A stretch of DNA of 64,000 nucleotides, taken from NCBI GenBank assembly GCA_963713605.1, contig CAVQMO010000003.1, positions 256,001 through 320,000 of the forward strand. The letters are read 5' to 3'. Below, in pieces: positions 47,188 through 59,665 of the stretch; position 1 is the stretch's first letter, and every line of letters begins with the position of its first letter. Source of the DNA: an uncultured Nitrososphaerales archaeon. GTDB lineage: Archaea > Thermoproteota > Nitrososphaeria > Nitrososphaerales > Nitrososphaeraceae. A model generated the notes under the pieces. That model saw nothing but the letters and a program-made list of their open reading frames with translations. It searched no databases and was not told the DNA's origin. A program made the translations under genes and the position numbers.

Positions 47188-48483
47188 GTGACCACAGTAC
47201 ACAAAGAACGAGTTTCAATTTTACCGTTATTGTTGATTAATTTCGTTGGAACCCTTGGTTTTAGCATAGTTCTGCCTTTTCTGGTCTTTTTGGTTACTGA
47301 TTTCGGTGGAAACGCATTGGTTTATGGTATTCTTTCTGCAACATATCCAGCATTTCAACTGATTGGGGCTCCACTATTGGGAAGATGGTCTGATGTCTGA
47401 TATCTATGGAAGAAAAAAATTTTGTTGGTAAGTCATTAGTACTCTTGCTGGATGGATAATTTTCCATCTCGCCTTATTTTTGCCAGATAATGAGCTGTTT
47501 AGTGTTAACTCTGCGATACTTGGAACTTTTGTTATAACTCTTCCCTTAGCTATTCTATTCCTAGCAAGAGCAATTGATGGCCTTACTGGTGGAAACGTTT
47601 CAGTTGCTGACGCATATGTTGCAGATATTTCGTCGGATGAAAACAGGAGCAGAAACTTTGGGAAAATGGGGATGGCTTCTAATCTCGGTTTTGTTATCGG
47701 ACCTGCTCTTGCAGGAATTTTGGGTGCAACTGTGTATGGGGAGGTACTGCCTGTGTTGGTGGCCTTATTTCTTTCTTTAATCGTCTTGGTGGTAATAATC
47801 TTTGTATTGAAAGAATCGAAATCTTCAATCGTCACACAAATTCCAGAAAAAGATAACGTGGGTAAGGTTTTTGCATTTGAATGCAAGGAGTGTTACAAGG
47901 CAGCTAATCTCAAAAGAATGAAATTGCGAGACGTCTTCAAGCTAAAATATATTTCATTCTTACTTATCCTATACTTCCTTATTTTTGTTGGATTTAACAT
48001 CTTTTACACCGCTTTTCCAATTCATGCAGTATCTGGTTTAGGATGGACAGTAACAGAACTGGGAGTATTTTATGCAGTCTTAAGCGGCATCATGATATTG
48101 GTGCAAGGACCGGTACTTCGAAGAGCATTAAAAAAATTCTCCGAAGAAAAATTAGTGATAATTGGTAGTGCTGTTTTAGGTTCAAATTTCGTGTTGTTTG
48201 TATCGTCAGAGTTTTCCTTTATTTATTTGGCGGCGGTTTTATTTGCAGTTGGTAATGGACTTATGTGGCCATCCATATTATCGATCCTCTCCAGGCGTGC
48301 AGGGACTATCTATCAAGGGGTAGGTACAGGGCGTAGCAGGTAGTGTTACAGGGGCAGCTAGTATCATTGGGGTAACTACAGGTGGGATATTGTACAATGC
48401 GTTCGGATTCGGTTCTAGTCAGTGCCGGTGTAATATTTGCTGTATTTGTCTTATCATTTAGACTGTTAAGATACAAAGAGTAA
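47188..48483 (+). CDS. MFS transporter (TetA/DHA1-like), frameshifted
   Basis: GFSIVLPFL, APLLGRWSD, ARAIDGLTGGNVSVADAYVAD, GFVIGPALAG across split ORFs. Confidence 0.88.
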
Positions 48484-48826
48484 ACTTGTGCCAATTTGCG
48501 GACAATACGAGAACAATGTCCACCTACACGGATTAATTTTATTTGTTTCTTCACACTGACCGCACCATTCCAGAATACAATGGTTGTTCATGTTATAGAT
48601 TGCCTACTCACTACGCCTACGCCGACAATTGCAAAAACAGTAGTTTTACTAATATAATTAGGGCAACTTGACTCGGTAATACGGATTTTTTTATGCATTA
48701 ATAACGCATCAGACAACTGGTTGAACCGTTTATAGGTTTACCATTAACCAGTGTAAAATTACATATTCTTGGTCAATATTTCGTATTTGGATGCGGTTAT
48801 ATTCCTCTGAGTACATAATATCATAG

Positions 48827-49078
48827 ATGTCGTCCATAGTCATTGAGGAAGCTCAAATAAAATCTCACAAGGAGCGAGTAGCGACAGCTAATTTGGCGCA
48901 AAACAAGAGCCAAGTCCATCGAGTTATGGAAAAGAAGATTCGCAAATACTTTCTTATATGTGAAGCTTGCTTTTGGTGTGTATCCTATTGTGAAAAACTC
49001 TATTATGACTATGAGAACTCAACGAGATCACAAAATATAACTACACAATGTGCTAGCTGTCCAGCCTGCGGGTACTGA
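48827..49078 (+). CDS. Zn-ribbon microprotein, C-x2-C-(F/Y)-W-C family (premature stop)
   Basis: YFLICEACFWCVSY..CPACG; paralog of 50931-51263. Confidence 0.6.
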   Translation: MSSIVIEEAQIKSHKERVATANLAQNKSQVHRVMEKKIRKYFLICEACFWCVSYCEKLYYDYENSTRSQNITTQCASCPACGY

Positions 49079-49205
49079 CAGGGTAGTCGAGTTGTTTCCA
49101 ATATCATTCGGTAGATGTGATAAACCTTCTACAGGAGAGAGTTTTCACTAAACATTGGTAAACTGCATATCTCATGTACTAGACTATGAAAAGAAGAGCC
49201 AAAGA

Positions 49206-49325
49206 ATGACGTGGTTGAGATGCACAGAGTGTGGTACAGTTGTGGGATGGCTTGAGGACAATACGCCTGTCGTAGAAGGAAAAGTAGTTCGACTGTCCTA
49301 TAAGGAAAAAGAAAAACTAAAATAG
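49206..49325 (+). CDS. 39-aa CxxC microprotein
   Basis: MTWLRCTECGTVVGWLEDNTPVVEGKVVRLSYKEKEKLK*. Confidence 0.35.
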   Translation: MTWLRCTECGTVVGWLEDNTPVVEGKVVRLSYKEKEKLK

Positions 49326-49543
49326 CTTACGCATTACTACTAGTAGTAAGTATCTATACAGTGCAATGACAATACTATGCGTCAGGGTATCTAGCTTTTA
49401 AGCCTTGATTCCATATTCATCTCTAGGTTCTAGTCGAAATATCTTTTAGCCATCTACGTTTAAGATGCACATCAGGCGAGAAAGCGAAATGTCTTCTAAT
49501 AATAGATCATCATATATAGTAACTTGGATAAGCATTAACTGAG

Positions 49544-49777
49544 ATGGAAGGTCCTCCATTGTGGGGTTGGGCAATCGTAGTTGGGACTATAATAGCAGCC
49601 AAATTCATTTACCGATGGAAGCTAACGAAGGAATTTTCTAATGACACAATATACAATGATCAATCATTAAATAGAAATAAAGGAAATTCGGCATCTATGA
49701 AAAATGGAAGAATAATTGATCACAAATACGTTCCAAAATGGCAAATATTTGAATCATGGAAAAAGTCTAGGGAATAA
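49544..49777 (+). CDS. small single-TM hypothetical protein
   Basis: N-terminal hydrophobic helix. Confidence 0.45.
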   Translation: MEGPPLWGWAIVVGTIIAAKFIYRWKLTKEFSNDTIYNDQSLNRNKGNSASMKNGRIIDHKYVPKWQIFESWKKSRE

Positions 49778-50291
49778 ACTCTATTGAAATCTCAAGCCCC
49801 ATTGTAGCTGTATTATGGTCAACAACCTATAAAGAAACTATATCCACAATTTCTAGACTGTTCAGTACCGATAGAGATAGATATTCAGTAAAGACTCTCT
49901 CAGTCTAACGTATTGTCTCTTCCATAAGCCTAATCAGCCTACTCAAACGAATTGTCGGCTATGTCATACAGCTAAAAAAATTCAGTGGCCGCAACCGCAG
50001 CCGCCCATACCACCATGTTCGTGATGGCTATGGCTTTGTTCTGAACATGTTGGACATTTATCAGCAGTTTCTATCTCGGACATAAACATCGTACCACAAC
50101 TAGTACATTTTAGTTTTTGAAGACCTTGCATATTAAGCCGTGATCAGAGCTCACCTAATTAAAACTTTGATGAAGGCATTATATGTTTATGAGCAATTAT
50201 CATAAAACTATTATAGCCACGAGATTTATAGTATGCCGATAGGGCTAAAGCTTCATCAAAGAAACGATCATCTACCAGGTCTTCGAAAAAA

Positions 50292-50705
50292 ATGACATCT
50301 ACCAAATATGATGTTGTTATAAAGGCCAAGGCGACCAGTACCAGAATTGTTGATATTAGCAATGTAATCGTAGGGCTCGAGAGCAATGACAAGGGACAAG
50401 TTACTGGCAAACACTATTCGGGAGTTCACTGGGACATTGTGGAATCGACTATGCTGGCAGATGGAAGCGCAACCATGACGATCAGGTATTTGCATATGAC
50501 TATCAAAGGTGAATTTATTACGGGAATTGGGACTGGAACTCAGATGGCCCAAACCAAAGAGGGATTGCGAAAGTTACTGGCGAGGGAACAATGTGGACAT
50601 CTTCTCCGCAGGTATCACATCTAAATGGTGGTAGATGGAAAGTCGAAGGTGAAGTCAATACCATTAAAGAAACTGTTGAGGTTCGGGGTAACTTTGTAAA
50701 AACTG
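50292..50705 (+). CDS. beta-rich hypothetical protein, frameshifted
   Basis: ORFs 50292-50624 and 50591-50836 overlap and read as one beta-strand-rich protein running into the tandem repeat. Confidence 0.5.
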
Positions 50706-50786
50706 TATGGCGAATCTCTATTATTCTATGGCGAATCTCTATTATTCTATGGCGAATCTCTATTATTCTATGGCGAATCTCTATTA
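50706..50786. repeat. 21-bp tandem repeat (TATGGCGAATCTCTATTATTC) x ~3.9
   Basis: Contiguous identical units without spacers. Confidence 0.95.
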
Positions 50787-50930
50787 ATCTATCAATTAAT
50801 CAACTAATGGTCAATTATTATCACTGTAATACATAAAACTAATAGAGCTTCGACTATGGCAGAGAGAATAGCAGACTCGATGACAACGTATAATAGACTA
50901 AGATTGTGATAATAGTATTTTAGAACTGTT

Positions 50931-51263
50931 ATGAAAATGATTAAACTTGTTATGGCGTATGACTTGCCGCTGAAAAAAGCCAAGCTCTCGCCTGATACCG
51001 TAGAAAATAATAAAATTTTGCAGTCTACCAACAGAATCTATTTTGTGATTTGTAATTCGTGTTATTGGTGTGCCTCTTATTTCGGCATTGACAATTTAGA
51101 GTCTCTGTCTAGATCTTCATCACATATTCTTGATTGTCATGTTTGTAATTCACTTAATACTGAACTGATGCCCATCTCGACTGACGAATCATTTAGAATA
51201 AAATACAGTGTAACAAGGGGAATGGAGATAGAATTTTACAAGAGCAATAAACATTGCTATTAG
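50931..51263 (+). CDS. Zn-ribbon microprotein, C-x2-C-(F/Y)-W-C family
   Basis: YFVICNSCYWCASY..CHVCNSLNTELMPIS. Confidence 0.7.
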   Translation: MKMIKLVMAYDLPLKKAKLSPDTVENNKILQSTNRIYFVICNSCYWCASYFGIDNLESLSRSSSHILDCHVCNSLNTELMPISTDESFRIKYSVTRGMEIEFYKSNKHCY

Positions 51264-51386
51264 GCAGCAATCTGCTTGAAACTGCGTTCGATTGTGAAAT
51301 GAAGTCTAAATAACATATCCACCTTCCGAAAATTCTAGGTCTTCATACTAGTAAATTATGTAAACGATAAGAGTTACTATAGACGA

Positions 51387-51677
51387 CTAGTTGAAACCTT
51401 GAACTTCCAAAGTATTAAAGTCAGTCCACGCATTAATTCCAGTCATTCCGACCCTAGCTATTTCTTCACCCGCTCCGACATATTGACCAGCTTTCACCCT
51501 TGCACTTTTGTAGCTCAAATGATCATATCGTGAGTATTCTCCTTTTGAGTGCATGATTACAATAAAATTTGTATGATTCCAAACTATTGATTCAATAGTA
51601 ACACCAGCATCTATCAATAACTGCTTTGAACCGTCTGCAATATCTAACTCTTGAATCCAATTATCGACTCTTGCCAT
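51387..51677 (-). pseudogene. chimeric relic containing an M23 peptidase fragment
   Basis: NFIVIMHSKGEYSRYDHL..VKAGQYVGAGEEIARVGMTG fused to an unrelated N-terminus; HLH motif missing. Confidence 0.65.
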
Positions 51678-52256
51678 TCATTATTGTTGTTATGATTTTT
51701 CTAGAACTATTTAAGCGAATCAATAACAGAGTACATGGAGAAATTACGTGACTAATTTCTTTATGAGCATTACTGCCCTTGCATCTAAAACTACCATGTA
51801 TTTAGTATTCATACTAATAGCAAACTGAAAATCGAGTTTATCTACATTAGACAAATTCAGACTCCAGTATGTACCTGATATTTTTTCTACTAGATCTAGC
51901 CCATTGCCAAACTTTCTTCTTCAGACCAAGATCTCTTGAATGGCATCATTTTCTTTGTACATGGCGGTTCATCCCATCAACCTGTAAGACCTTTGCATCT
52001 ATTGGATCGAAGCGCTGTTCTTAAATCACTTGTCTTGATAAATTCTTAATATGATATATTATAGGCAATCAAGATATTACATGATTTGATCCATCGGTCT
52101 ATTGGAATAGTCCTAGAATTAGTACTGGTTATATCTATCAGACTACGGAGTCTTTTATGTCTATTCACCAAATATGGTGGGGAATGTATTAAATAAGGTG
52201 ACAAAACAAAAGAAAATAATCTAATTAAGCTATTTTAACGATATAAATGAACAACC

Positions 52257-52502
52257 TCAAGTCGTATCTGTTGAACCTGGTGCTATTTCTGCAGTAGCAA
52301 AATTATCTTTTACAGAATTAATCTTAATCTTTACGCTTTTGTATCCGGCTTTTGCATCTTTTACAAAGATTATTAAACCTTCTATTCTTGCAATACCATC
52401 TCCCTCTCTACCGTTATCAGTAATATCTACCGTGTATTCTTTCCCTGTTTCTACAGGTTTTGAAAAGCTACTCATTGTTTTTGTGTTCTGTCCGTAACTC
52501 AT
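52257..52502 (-). CDS. single TRAM-domain RNA-binding protein
   Basis: KPVETGKEYTVDITDNGREGDGIARIEGLIIFV..VKIKINSV..FATAEI. Confidence 0.92.
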   Translation of the reverse strand: MSYGQNTKTMSSFSKPVETGKEYTVDITDNGREGDGIARIEGLIIFVKDAKAGYKSVKIKINSVKDNFATAEIAPGSTDTT

Positions 52503-53455
52503 TAAAAATCACATTTAATAGACATTACAGTAATATGAACTAACGTATTTACGTTAAAGCTATTTTAATTCTAATACTTTGTCTGAACTGACACACGGAG
52601 ACTATTTTCAGAGATTCACTGCGATGGGACTGGCGACTTGTATGTGAGTAGATATATTAAAGCTGTCAATGTTCTTCTAACTCTTCACGTGATTCAAATT
52701 CTTGACCGCAATCAACACACGAGAAAGGCGCATACATTAGAGCATCGATATCAGAGGATCTATCACTCATTATTATTGGGAAATAATCTATAAATCTATT
52801 ACAACGACTTTAGATGGATTGTTCAGATGAATACAGTTTACATCAATTAGCGGAATTCAACCCGATGAAAGATTATGCTATGTTTGACAGTGCAACTTTT
52901 ATGATCATAATGCCTTGACGAATGGCCAGTGATTTAAGTTTGATTAAGTCCCAGGTATCGCTATCTGCATTATAGTCTAATGGGAATGGGAACGATTCAA
53001 ACGCGTCATCAAACTATCGGAGTGCTATTCTCGACGTAAACCCGCCTGCTTTCGTAGATATTCCATTAATTCTTTATCGTCATCTTGGTGTTCTACTCGC
53101 AAATAACGTTGCATCCCACTTAGTAAATCATTACTTTTTTTACTTTTTTTAGCTTTTTCTTTCTTGATATCTTGGGTCCTGTTAGCTTTGGGGCAGTAGA
53201 AGCCTAAAGTAAACCTATAATATATAGACTCGATGTTTCAGACTGATTAGTTTCAATGGCATACATTTTGTTAGTATATGGATTGACTACCAATTCGTTC
53301 TTAACAAGATTAACATTTTCGTATGTTGTCCAATTAATAATTGAGCCTGTGCTATCTAATTCATAGATTGAAGTCCCAACGGTAAAATCATACTCATCGC
53401 AGAGATGACAATCAGACTACGTAAACCTGATTTGTCATGCTATTGACCGCAGATG

Positions 53456-53752
53456 CTATAGCGTGACGTCGTATGGAATATCCACTATATTCTCCTTAAT
53501 TTCCAACATGTACGGATCTCTAATGATTGTCCGCTTATTTGTTGCATAGATTATATTGGGGGTAACAGCTGAGCCACCCGGTCTCACGCGAGATTGGAGT
53601 TCAACAACAAGCACTTCTTCATTTGGATTTAACATTTCACGGATCTTCTTTATTTCTTGTAAATAATCGTTATCAAGTGGTTGTATTGAAGAGTCACTAT
53701 TCTTTCCAGAACCAAAGCATTGTATAGATATATTCAAGAAATATTCTAGCAA
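53456..53752 (-). pseudogene. PH-domain protein fragment
   Basis: MLNPNEEVLVV..QSRVRPGGS..PNIIYATNKR..IVDIPYD then stop. Confidence 0.6.
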
Positions 53753-53905
53753 TTAGACCTCACTCTATACCTCGGGAAAATTTCTTTAGTTAGATTATCT
53801 ATAATCAGGAGACGGGGAATTCCCCATCAACCAATCTTGATGAACATGTCAAAATTTCTTTTGATAAAATATCTTATGCAATATTGAATAAGATTGTTGT
53901 GAGAA

Positions 53906-54079
53906 ATGATTGGGTTAAAAAAAGGTGCTGAATATGTTGGGTACGAGATAAAGAAAGGTGCAGAATTTATTGGACATGAAATTAAAGAAAATACTGAACT
54001 AGCAGAGCATGAGACAGGCATACTTGATGTAAAGAATGGTGCAACATCTATTTTCAATAAGATGAAAAACGCAATATAG
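53906..54079 (+). CDS. 57-aa LEA-like 11-mer repeat microprotein (not in ORF track)
   Basis: MIGLKKGAEYVGYEIKKGAEFIGHEIKENTELAEHETGILDVKNGATSIFNKMKNAI*; paralog of 20798-20962. Confidence 0.8.
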   Translation: MIGLKKGAEYVGYEIKKGAEFIGHEIKENTELAEHETGILDVKNGATSIFNKMKNAI

Positions 54080-54519
54080 CGTTCGGATACTAATTCATAA
54101 ATCTACGGATTAGAGATCAAAGATCAAAGTTGGTGGAACTGTTGAGTTTGTTCTGTTCTATTTACTGATGTAGTATTACGTGTAATATGTAAGGTTCACC
54201 CCCCCCGCATTTTAACAATCATCATTCCGTTCATTTCCAGCATACTAATCTGTCATTGGTATTAGTATATCTGATAATGCCGATGCTATTACAATAATCG
54301 GCAGTATCTGTTTTTGCATAAATTATCAGATAGCTTGTTCAAATTAAAGATTAGTAATTATGGCTGTATCATTCGCATACCACTGAAAAAACGGATGATT
54401 AGTTGAACGAAAAACAAGTTCATTTTGAGTGAACAATGAGAATCATCTGCGCAATTTTATAGACTAGCCTCAATCATTCCTAGTATACGATTGTTTGTTC
54501 ACGAGATGTATGGCTGACA

Positions 54520-54702
54520 CTATGGGCGCCTACAATGCGCTGGCGGAACCACTAACAGTTTAACCTTTTTAAACAGACACGGCTTAACATTGGCTACATT
54601 GACCTTACATGCAGTGAAATGCCATGCTAGTTCCAACGACAAATACGTCAACACAAATCCGGCTGCTAAATATGCTAGACCTACAATGGGTTCTATTTCC
54701 AT
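54520..54702 (-). CDS. small single-TM protein
   Basis: MEIEPIVGLAYLAAGFVLTYLSLELAWHFTAC.. Confidence 0.55.
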   Translation of the reverse strand: MEIEPIVGLAYLAAGFVLTYLSLELAWHFTACKVNVANVKPCLFKKVKLLVVPPAHCRRP

Positions 54703-54981
54703 AATAGTCAGATATGAAACCGGATTATTTAAGAAGCCTAATGATTCCATATTAGTTGTATAGCTAAGACCTGAATTGTGCAATAGTGTTATTACTATTA
54801 CACATGCAATTTCGTTTTTACTGGCTTAGTGATATTTTTAATCAGCCTATCATACAAGTAGACTTAAGCGAGTTGTCTTCATTGTAACGTGATGATTGAA
54901 TCACTGGCTCTTTCAAACAGGTGTGCCGTCTTAAAAGCAACTAGACGTGTCATGATTAAACCGGGAGGCGATTGTGAATAG

Positions 54982-55491
54982 ATGACATTAACTACAAAAA
55001 CTTCTCGATATACCAAAAAGAACTTTGTAGATAGCGAGGACTTTCATAAGACGAATATTCACTTAACCATTCTTGTGATTCTCATTAGTTGCTTGGGGGC
55101 TTTTACAGGTATCATGATTTCTGGACTATACGGACCTATCATTTTCATTACCCCACTCTCTTCTGGAGAAAAAGTAACGCCTACAGCAGATATAGATCTG
55201 GGAAGTGTAAACGGATTTGTAATTAGTTCAGATGGTTTGCCAGTAGGCGGGGCGTCAGTAGCTGTTTACAAGCAGATGGGATTAGCAAATTCGGCAGATA
55301 AGAATTTAGGTTATTCTACATCTGCAATAACTGGATCTGATGGTTCTTATATATTCGATGATCTACCATCGGGGGTATACAAATTCATAGTGATATATCC
55401 AGATAACACGATCCGCACATTAAATAACTATGCAGTATGGCCGAGTTCGAGCTCTTCATATGACATTAAAGTGAACTCTTACGTGGCCTAG
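54982..55491 (+). CDS. membrane-anchored carboxypeptidase-regulatory-like (transthyretin-like Ig) domain protein
   Basis: TM helix then GSVNGFVISSDGLPVGGASV..TGSDGSYIFDDLPSGVYKF. Confidence 0.8.
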   Translation: MTLTTKTSRYTKKNFVDSEDFHKTNIHLTILVILISCLGAFTGIMISGLYGPIIFITPLSSGEKVTPTADIDLGSVNGFVISSDGLPVGGASVAVYKQMGLANSADKNLGYSTSAITGSDGSYIFDDLPSGVYKFIVIYPDNTIRTLNNYAVWPSSSSSYDIKVNSYVA

Positions 55492-55739
55492 TAATGATAT
55501 ACATCAGCAAGTATGACAAGTCTTACTCCCGCTATAGTTATTGTAGTGGTAACCGTTAGTCTATTAATTAATAGCGTTCCAATGAGCGGACAAGTCGTGA
55601 GTTCTATAAATGAGACTAAAAATAACCATACTACCGATAATAAAAGTACGAACGAATCGGGCACAATATCTGGTCTTCGGATGCCCATTCGCCCCCCATT
55701 CGCTTAACTCATTATTTTCATGGATCATGCCATCAGTTA

Positions 55740-56425
55740 ATTAATTCGTTGTCGTCACCTGTGACGTCGATTCAGGGCTTTTCATCCAATGCATCTTGAT
55801 TTTGATTTATTTTTGAGTCCAAGTCTGACAAGATTTGTTTATTTGAGCTTAAATTTTCTATGATACCAGCTTAACTTATCAAAGTTGTGCTAGATTGCCT
55901 TTTCTTTGATTCCAAGTCTGTGACTTCGATTGCCAGTTGATGTAATCTATAAGTTAATTCGGGTACATAATGACCTGCATATTTTAGAAGGTTAAGAAGA
56001 TATTCTTCATTCAGCATTTTACATTCTTTCAAAGAACGGTATAACTTCAGAAAGAAGGCAACAAGTTCTTTATCTCACCGTAGACAAAAGCCAATTCGTG
56101 GATTTGGTTCAAAGCCCAAAACTCTTCTTGCATATCATGAACTTCAGTGGCTGGCATGTTTAGCTCTATTGCTACATTAAGAGGTGACCCCCTCGAAAAG
56201 AGCTAGATGGCCCGAGTCTCAATTGATTTATTTTTTAAGTCTATATCATTATTATTGTTATTCTGACCATTTATCTTCCGAATAATCTTCCCAATGTCGG
56301 TAAACGATATGTGCACAACATGCGCGACTTCACGTATGGTCTTACCTTCTTTAAGGAGTCTGATCACTAACTCTTCTTTTTCTTGTTTGTTTAATACAAC
56401 TTCAAGCTGGTTTTTGCCGACATAT
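55740..56425 (-). pseudogene. HTH plus coiled-coil protein, disrupted
   Basis: VLNKQEKEELVIRLLKEGKTIREVAHVVHISFTDIGKIIRKI (HTH), then RAI*LFS..VAIELNM; stops and frameshifts. Confidence 0.6.
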
Positions 56426-56705
56426 ATGATGGAGATAATGAGATCAAGAATGTAGAGACAAAGGAGATCAGTACCATTGAGCTTGGTTAGTTGGGTTGTA
56501 TAGATGCAGCACTAACAGAAATGGGATGATCCGATATGATTGATGCCTTTCCATTTCCTATCTAAGGAATATTGATTGGTTTAAGAGCAACTTTGATCGG
56601 CCTCACAACCCATCGCCAAACTGGATGAACAAGATAAAAAGATAGAAAGAAAAATAACTACATTAAACACTTGCCATACTGCAACAGCGAGTTTAAATCT
56701 TTATC

Positions 56706-57296
56706 ATGCAGATAGAGAAAGGAATGAGTGAGAAAGATAGTAGTAGCACACAACTGGTTTTTCCTGTAAGCGAATCGCGGGATCATATTCAAGGACCTGC
56801 AACTGCTGCCGTAACTTTGGTAGAATACGGAGATTATGAATGTCCCTATTGCGCCCAAGCCTATTTGATTATAAAGGAAGTCCAAGAACGTTTAGGAAAC
56901 AAAGTACGGTTCGTATTCCGAAACTTCCCATTGACCAAACTTCGCCCGCATGCATACCAATCTGCGTTGGCGGTGGAAACAGCAGCTGCTCAAGGAAAGT
57001 TCTGGGAGATGTACGACTTTTTATTCAAACATGGACAAAGTCTTACCGATGATAATTTGAGACTATCGGCGGCCAAGCTCGGATTAAACGTCAACAAGTT
57101 CGATCTTGAATTCCGCGATCGTACTTATCGTAGGCATGTGGATGAAGATATACAAAGTGGCGAGGAAAGCGGTGTGACAAAGACACCAACCTTCTTTATC
57201 AATGGAGATCGTTATGACGACTCATGGGACCTTGATACCCTCCTCAGTGCACTTGACGAGGCCAGTGTATTCAGTTGGAGGGAAACTAATCAATAA
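56706..57296 (+). CDS. DsbA-like thioredoxin-fold oxidoreductase
   Basis: VEYGDYECPYC, FVFRNFPL, QGKFWEM, GVTKTPTFFING. Confidence 0.92.
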   Translation: MQIEKGMSEKDSSSTQLVFPVSESRDHIQGPATAAVTLVEYGDYECPYCAQAYLIIKEVQERLGNKVRFVFRNFPLTKLRPHAYQSALAVETAAAQGKFWEMYDFLFKHGQSLTDDNLRLSAAKLGLNVNKFDLEFRDRTYRRHVDEDIQSGEESGVTKTPTFFINGDRYDDSWDLDTLLSALDEASVFSWRETNQ

Positions 57297-57504
57297 TTCA
57301 GAATAGTTTTGCCTATTGCAAGTTAGATAACATGGCTGATTGATTCAATTCAAACATATTTAACAAGATAAAGAGATTATTACGTACTGCAAAAGGCTTG
57401 TTCTCCAAATCATGCGCTCACATAGCATTGTAATCGATCGTTCTTGGTAACTTCGTGAGTGAGATCGATTACTAAATATAGCATGAGAAAGGATATTCTG
57501 ACGT

Positions 57505-57927
57505 TTGTCTTCACCAAGACATTGCATAGAGGATCTAATAGAAAGAGAACTAGTAACTCTTCCCGAAGATGCAGTCATAGCAGACGCGGTAAGGGTAATG
57601 AAGGATGGAGGGATTTCTTCAATTCTTGTTAGGTCACTATCTTCCTCTGCAGAGAATCCACTTATCACTGGAATTGTAACTGAACGAGATATCTTGTATA
57701 GAGTTATTGGTGGCAACAAGGGACCGTACAAGACCATATTGAAGGAAGTGATGAGCTCTCCTGTAGTAACCATTGAAAATGGGTCTTCGGTAAATGAAGC
57801 AATGTCTCTAATGAGAGATAAGAAAATTAGAAGGCTGCTGGTCATAAAGAGAGAAAACACTAGGGAGTTCACGCTAGGCTTGGTAACACTTATGTCAATA
57901 ACAGATAGTCTGGATCCTGGTAAGTGA
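57505..57927 (+). CDS. CBS-domain pair protein
   Basis: GIVTERDIL, VMSSPVVTI, IRRLLV. Confidence 0.88.
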   Translation: MSSPRHCIEDLIERELVTLPEDAVIADAVRVMKDGGISSILVRSLSSSAENPLITGIVTERDILYRVIGGNKGPYKTILKEVMSSPVVTIENGSSVNEAMSLMRDKKIRRLLVIKRENTREFTLGLVTLMSITDSLDPGK

Positions 57928-58438
57928 GAGGATTAAAGACAAGGACCAAAAGTTACGCGGAGATGTTTATAGCATAATATTTCTCTCTACGAGAAACGAT
58001 ATGCGAGTAGGGTATGATGGGACTGATGCCCTCTGTTACTGGATATATCTCTGGAACCGGCTGCGGTTGCTGGTATCGTTTACCGTTTGTATATACAGCC
58101 GGCCAACTTTAGAAATCAAAAGCTAAATACCAGTGTCCACGTATGCTTCGTTAACATATGCTTCAGATACGTCATATGAGTTAGATAGACTGTCTCGCTT
58201 AATACTCTTAGACAGTACTTACTGCATTAATGTCAAATCTGAACTGATAGCCTAAAGGCATCGAATAATGCCAATTCACCCCAACTGAATGTAATAAAAA
58301 AGAATCATTCGAGAACATGATATCCTGCACTAGACTTAGAGGTCATCTACCGCGAATGAAATAGATGAGGATGGTTTGTACTAGTAGATATATACTGAAT
58401 TTTCTAATAGTTAAAGAATGCATAAAATCTGTCGATAA

Positions 58439-58663
58439 ATGATGTATAACTTGTATGAGAACGCTAATGAAGATGGGCAAAGAAGTGTCATAGTATTGTC
58501 TACAACGGCAGGAGCAAGGTTGTATGCTGTCTGGAAACAGAAGAAGGACAGTTGGTATATTGAGTCAAGGAATGAAAGGAATACGGGTAACGTGGTGGTG
58601 GATATACTTACCCCGCGCCAATTTCAAGATGCGATCGAGAAGGGATATTACTTCTTTGAGTAA
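58439..58663 (+). CDS. hypothetical protein
   Basis: 74-aa ORF with protein-like composition. Confidence 0.45.
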   Translation: MMYNLYENANEDGQRSVIVLSTTAGARLYAVWKQKKDSWYIESRNERNTGNVVVDILTPRQFQDAIEKGYYFFE

Positions 58664-59442
58664 GATCTATCGCCTATGTATTCACTGATGAATAGATCTT
58701 AACATCTCGTCATCTTAATGTTGTCGATGCCTGTTCTTTTATTACCTTTCGATGTTATCGTTCCGTTTATCGCTATCATGGGCAATTGGAATATCGAGAT
58801 CCTTGTCTGGCACTCCTGTAATGGTAAAGGAGAATAACCCGCCACCGCATGCTATGGCTGGAATAGATGGAAACCATGGAGTGCAGCTTGTCGAGCCGCT
58901 ACTGTTGTGGCTGTATTCCAGATTGGATTAGCGAAGAAGACGCTAAGTCTGGTATCGATGGAGAAAGATGTTGTGACTGTTGCATCTGCAGAATCTGCCA
59001 AGTCTATTGTCATAGGCATTAATGAGACTATCGGATCTGTTTCTTGGAATGTGTTCATATTCGTGTTGAACGGATCTACTGTTTGTGAGTATGCATTTGG
59101 CATCATACTATCAATAGAACCATTAGAGACCAAGTTCAAGGACAAATACAGATACATAATTACAAGTGTATAGCAGGTAACAGGCTTCGAAAAAATAGAT
59201 TTTTTCTCACCCATGGTTGATTCATATAGACTACTCAAAAGAGAGTTTTGACAGACTCCTACTACTCATAGCAATCACTGGTTTTAGTAGAAAAAAAGAG
59301 AATAACATTCAAGGTTAAGAATATGCACAAAAGCATTGATCCAATATCAGCTGACATAAGTGTTTAGTGCAACATTATCAGTATATCTCTAAAGACTATC
59401 AGAAGCAAACCAGCTGAAACTGCACACATACGGCGACAATGA

Positions 59443-59665
59443 TTAACTAGACGCCTTCTGCTGATTCTTTCTTTCTCTGTCGGAACGTTGCTCCAGAACT
59501 AGTTCATCGAACTCTTCTCTTGTTAGATTCTTTTTTACCCATTTGAAATTCCAGAGCATTTCCTTCTTGAACTTGCGTACTTCGGCCTTCAGTTCAGCAA
59601 TCTCATTTGCCTGTACACTTTCTAGCTTCTCTACTTGCTTCTTCAGTCTCTGTGTGGGGTCTATG
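59443..59665 (-). pseudogene. coiled-coil tail resembling an integrase C-terminus
   Basis: IDPTQRLKKQVEKLESVQANEIAELKAEV..; joined to the esterase relic. Confidence 0.4.

Noticed and set aside
50706..50786. Possible CRISPR array
   Set aside because: Units are contiguous with no unique spacers, and no cas genes are seen in the window
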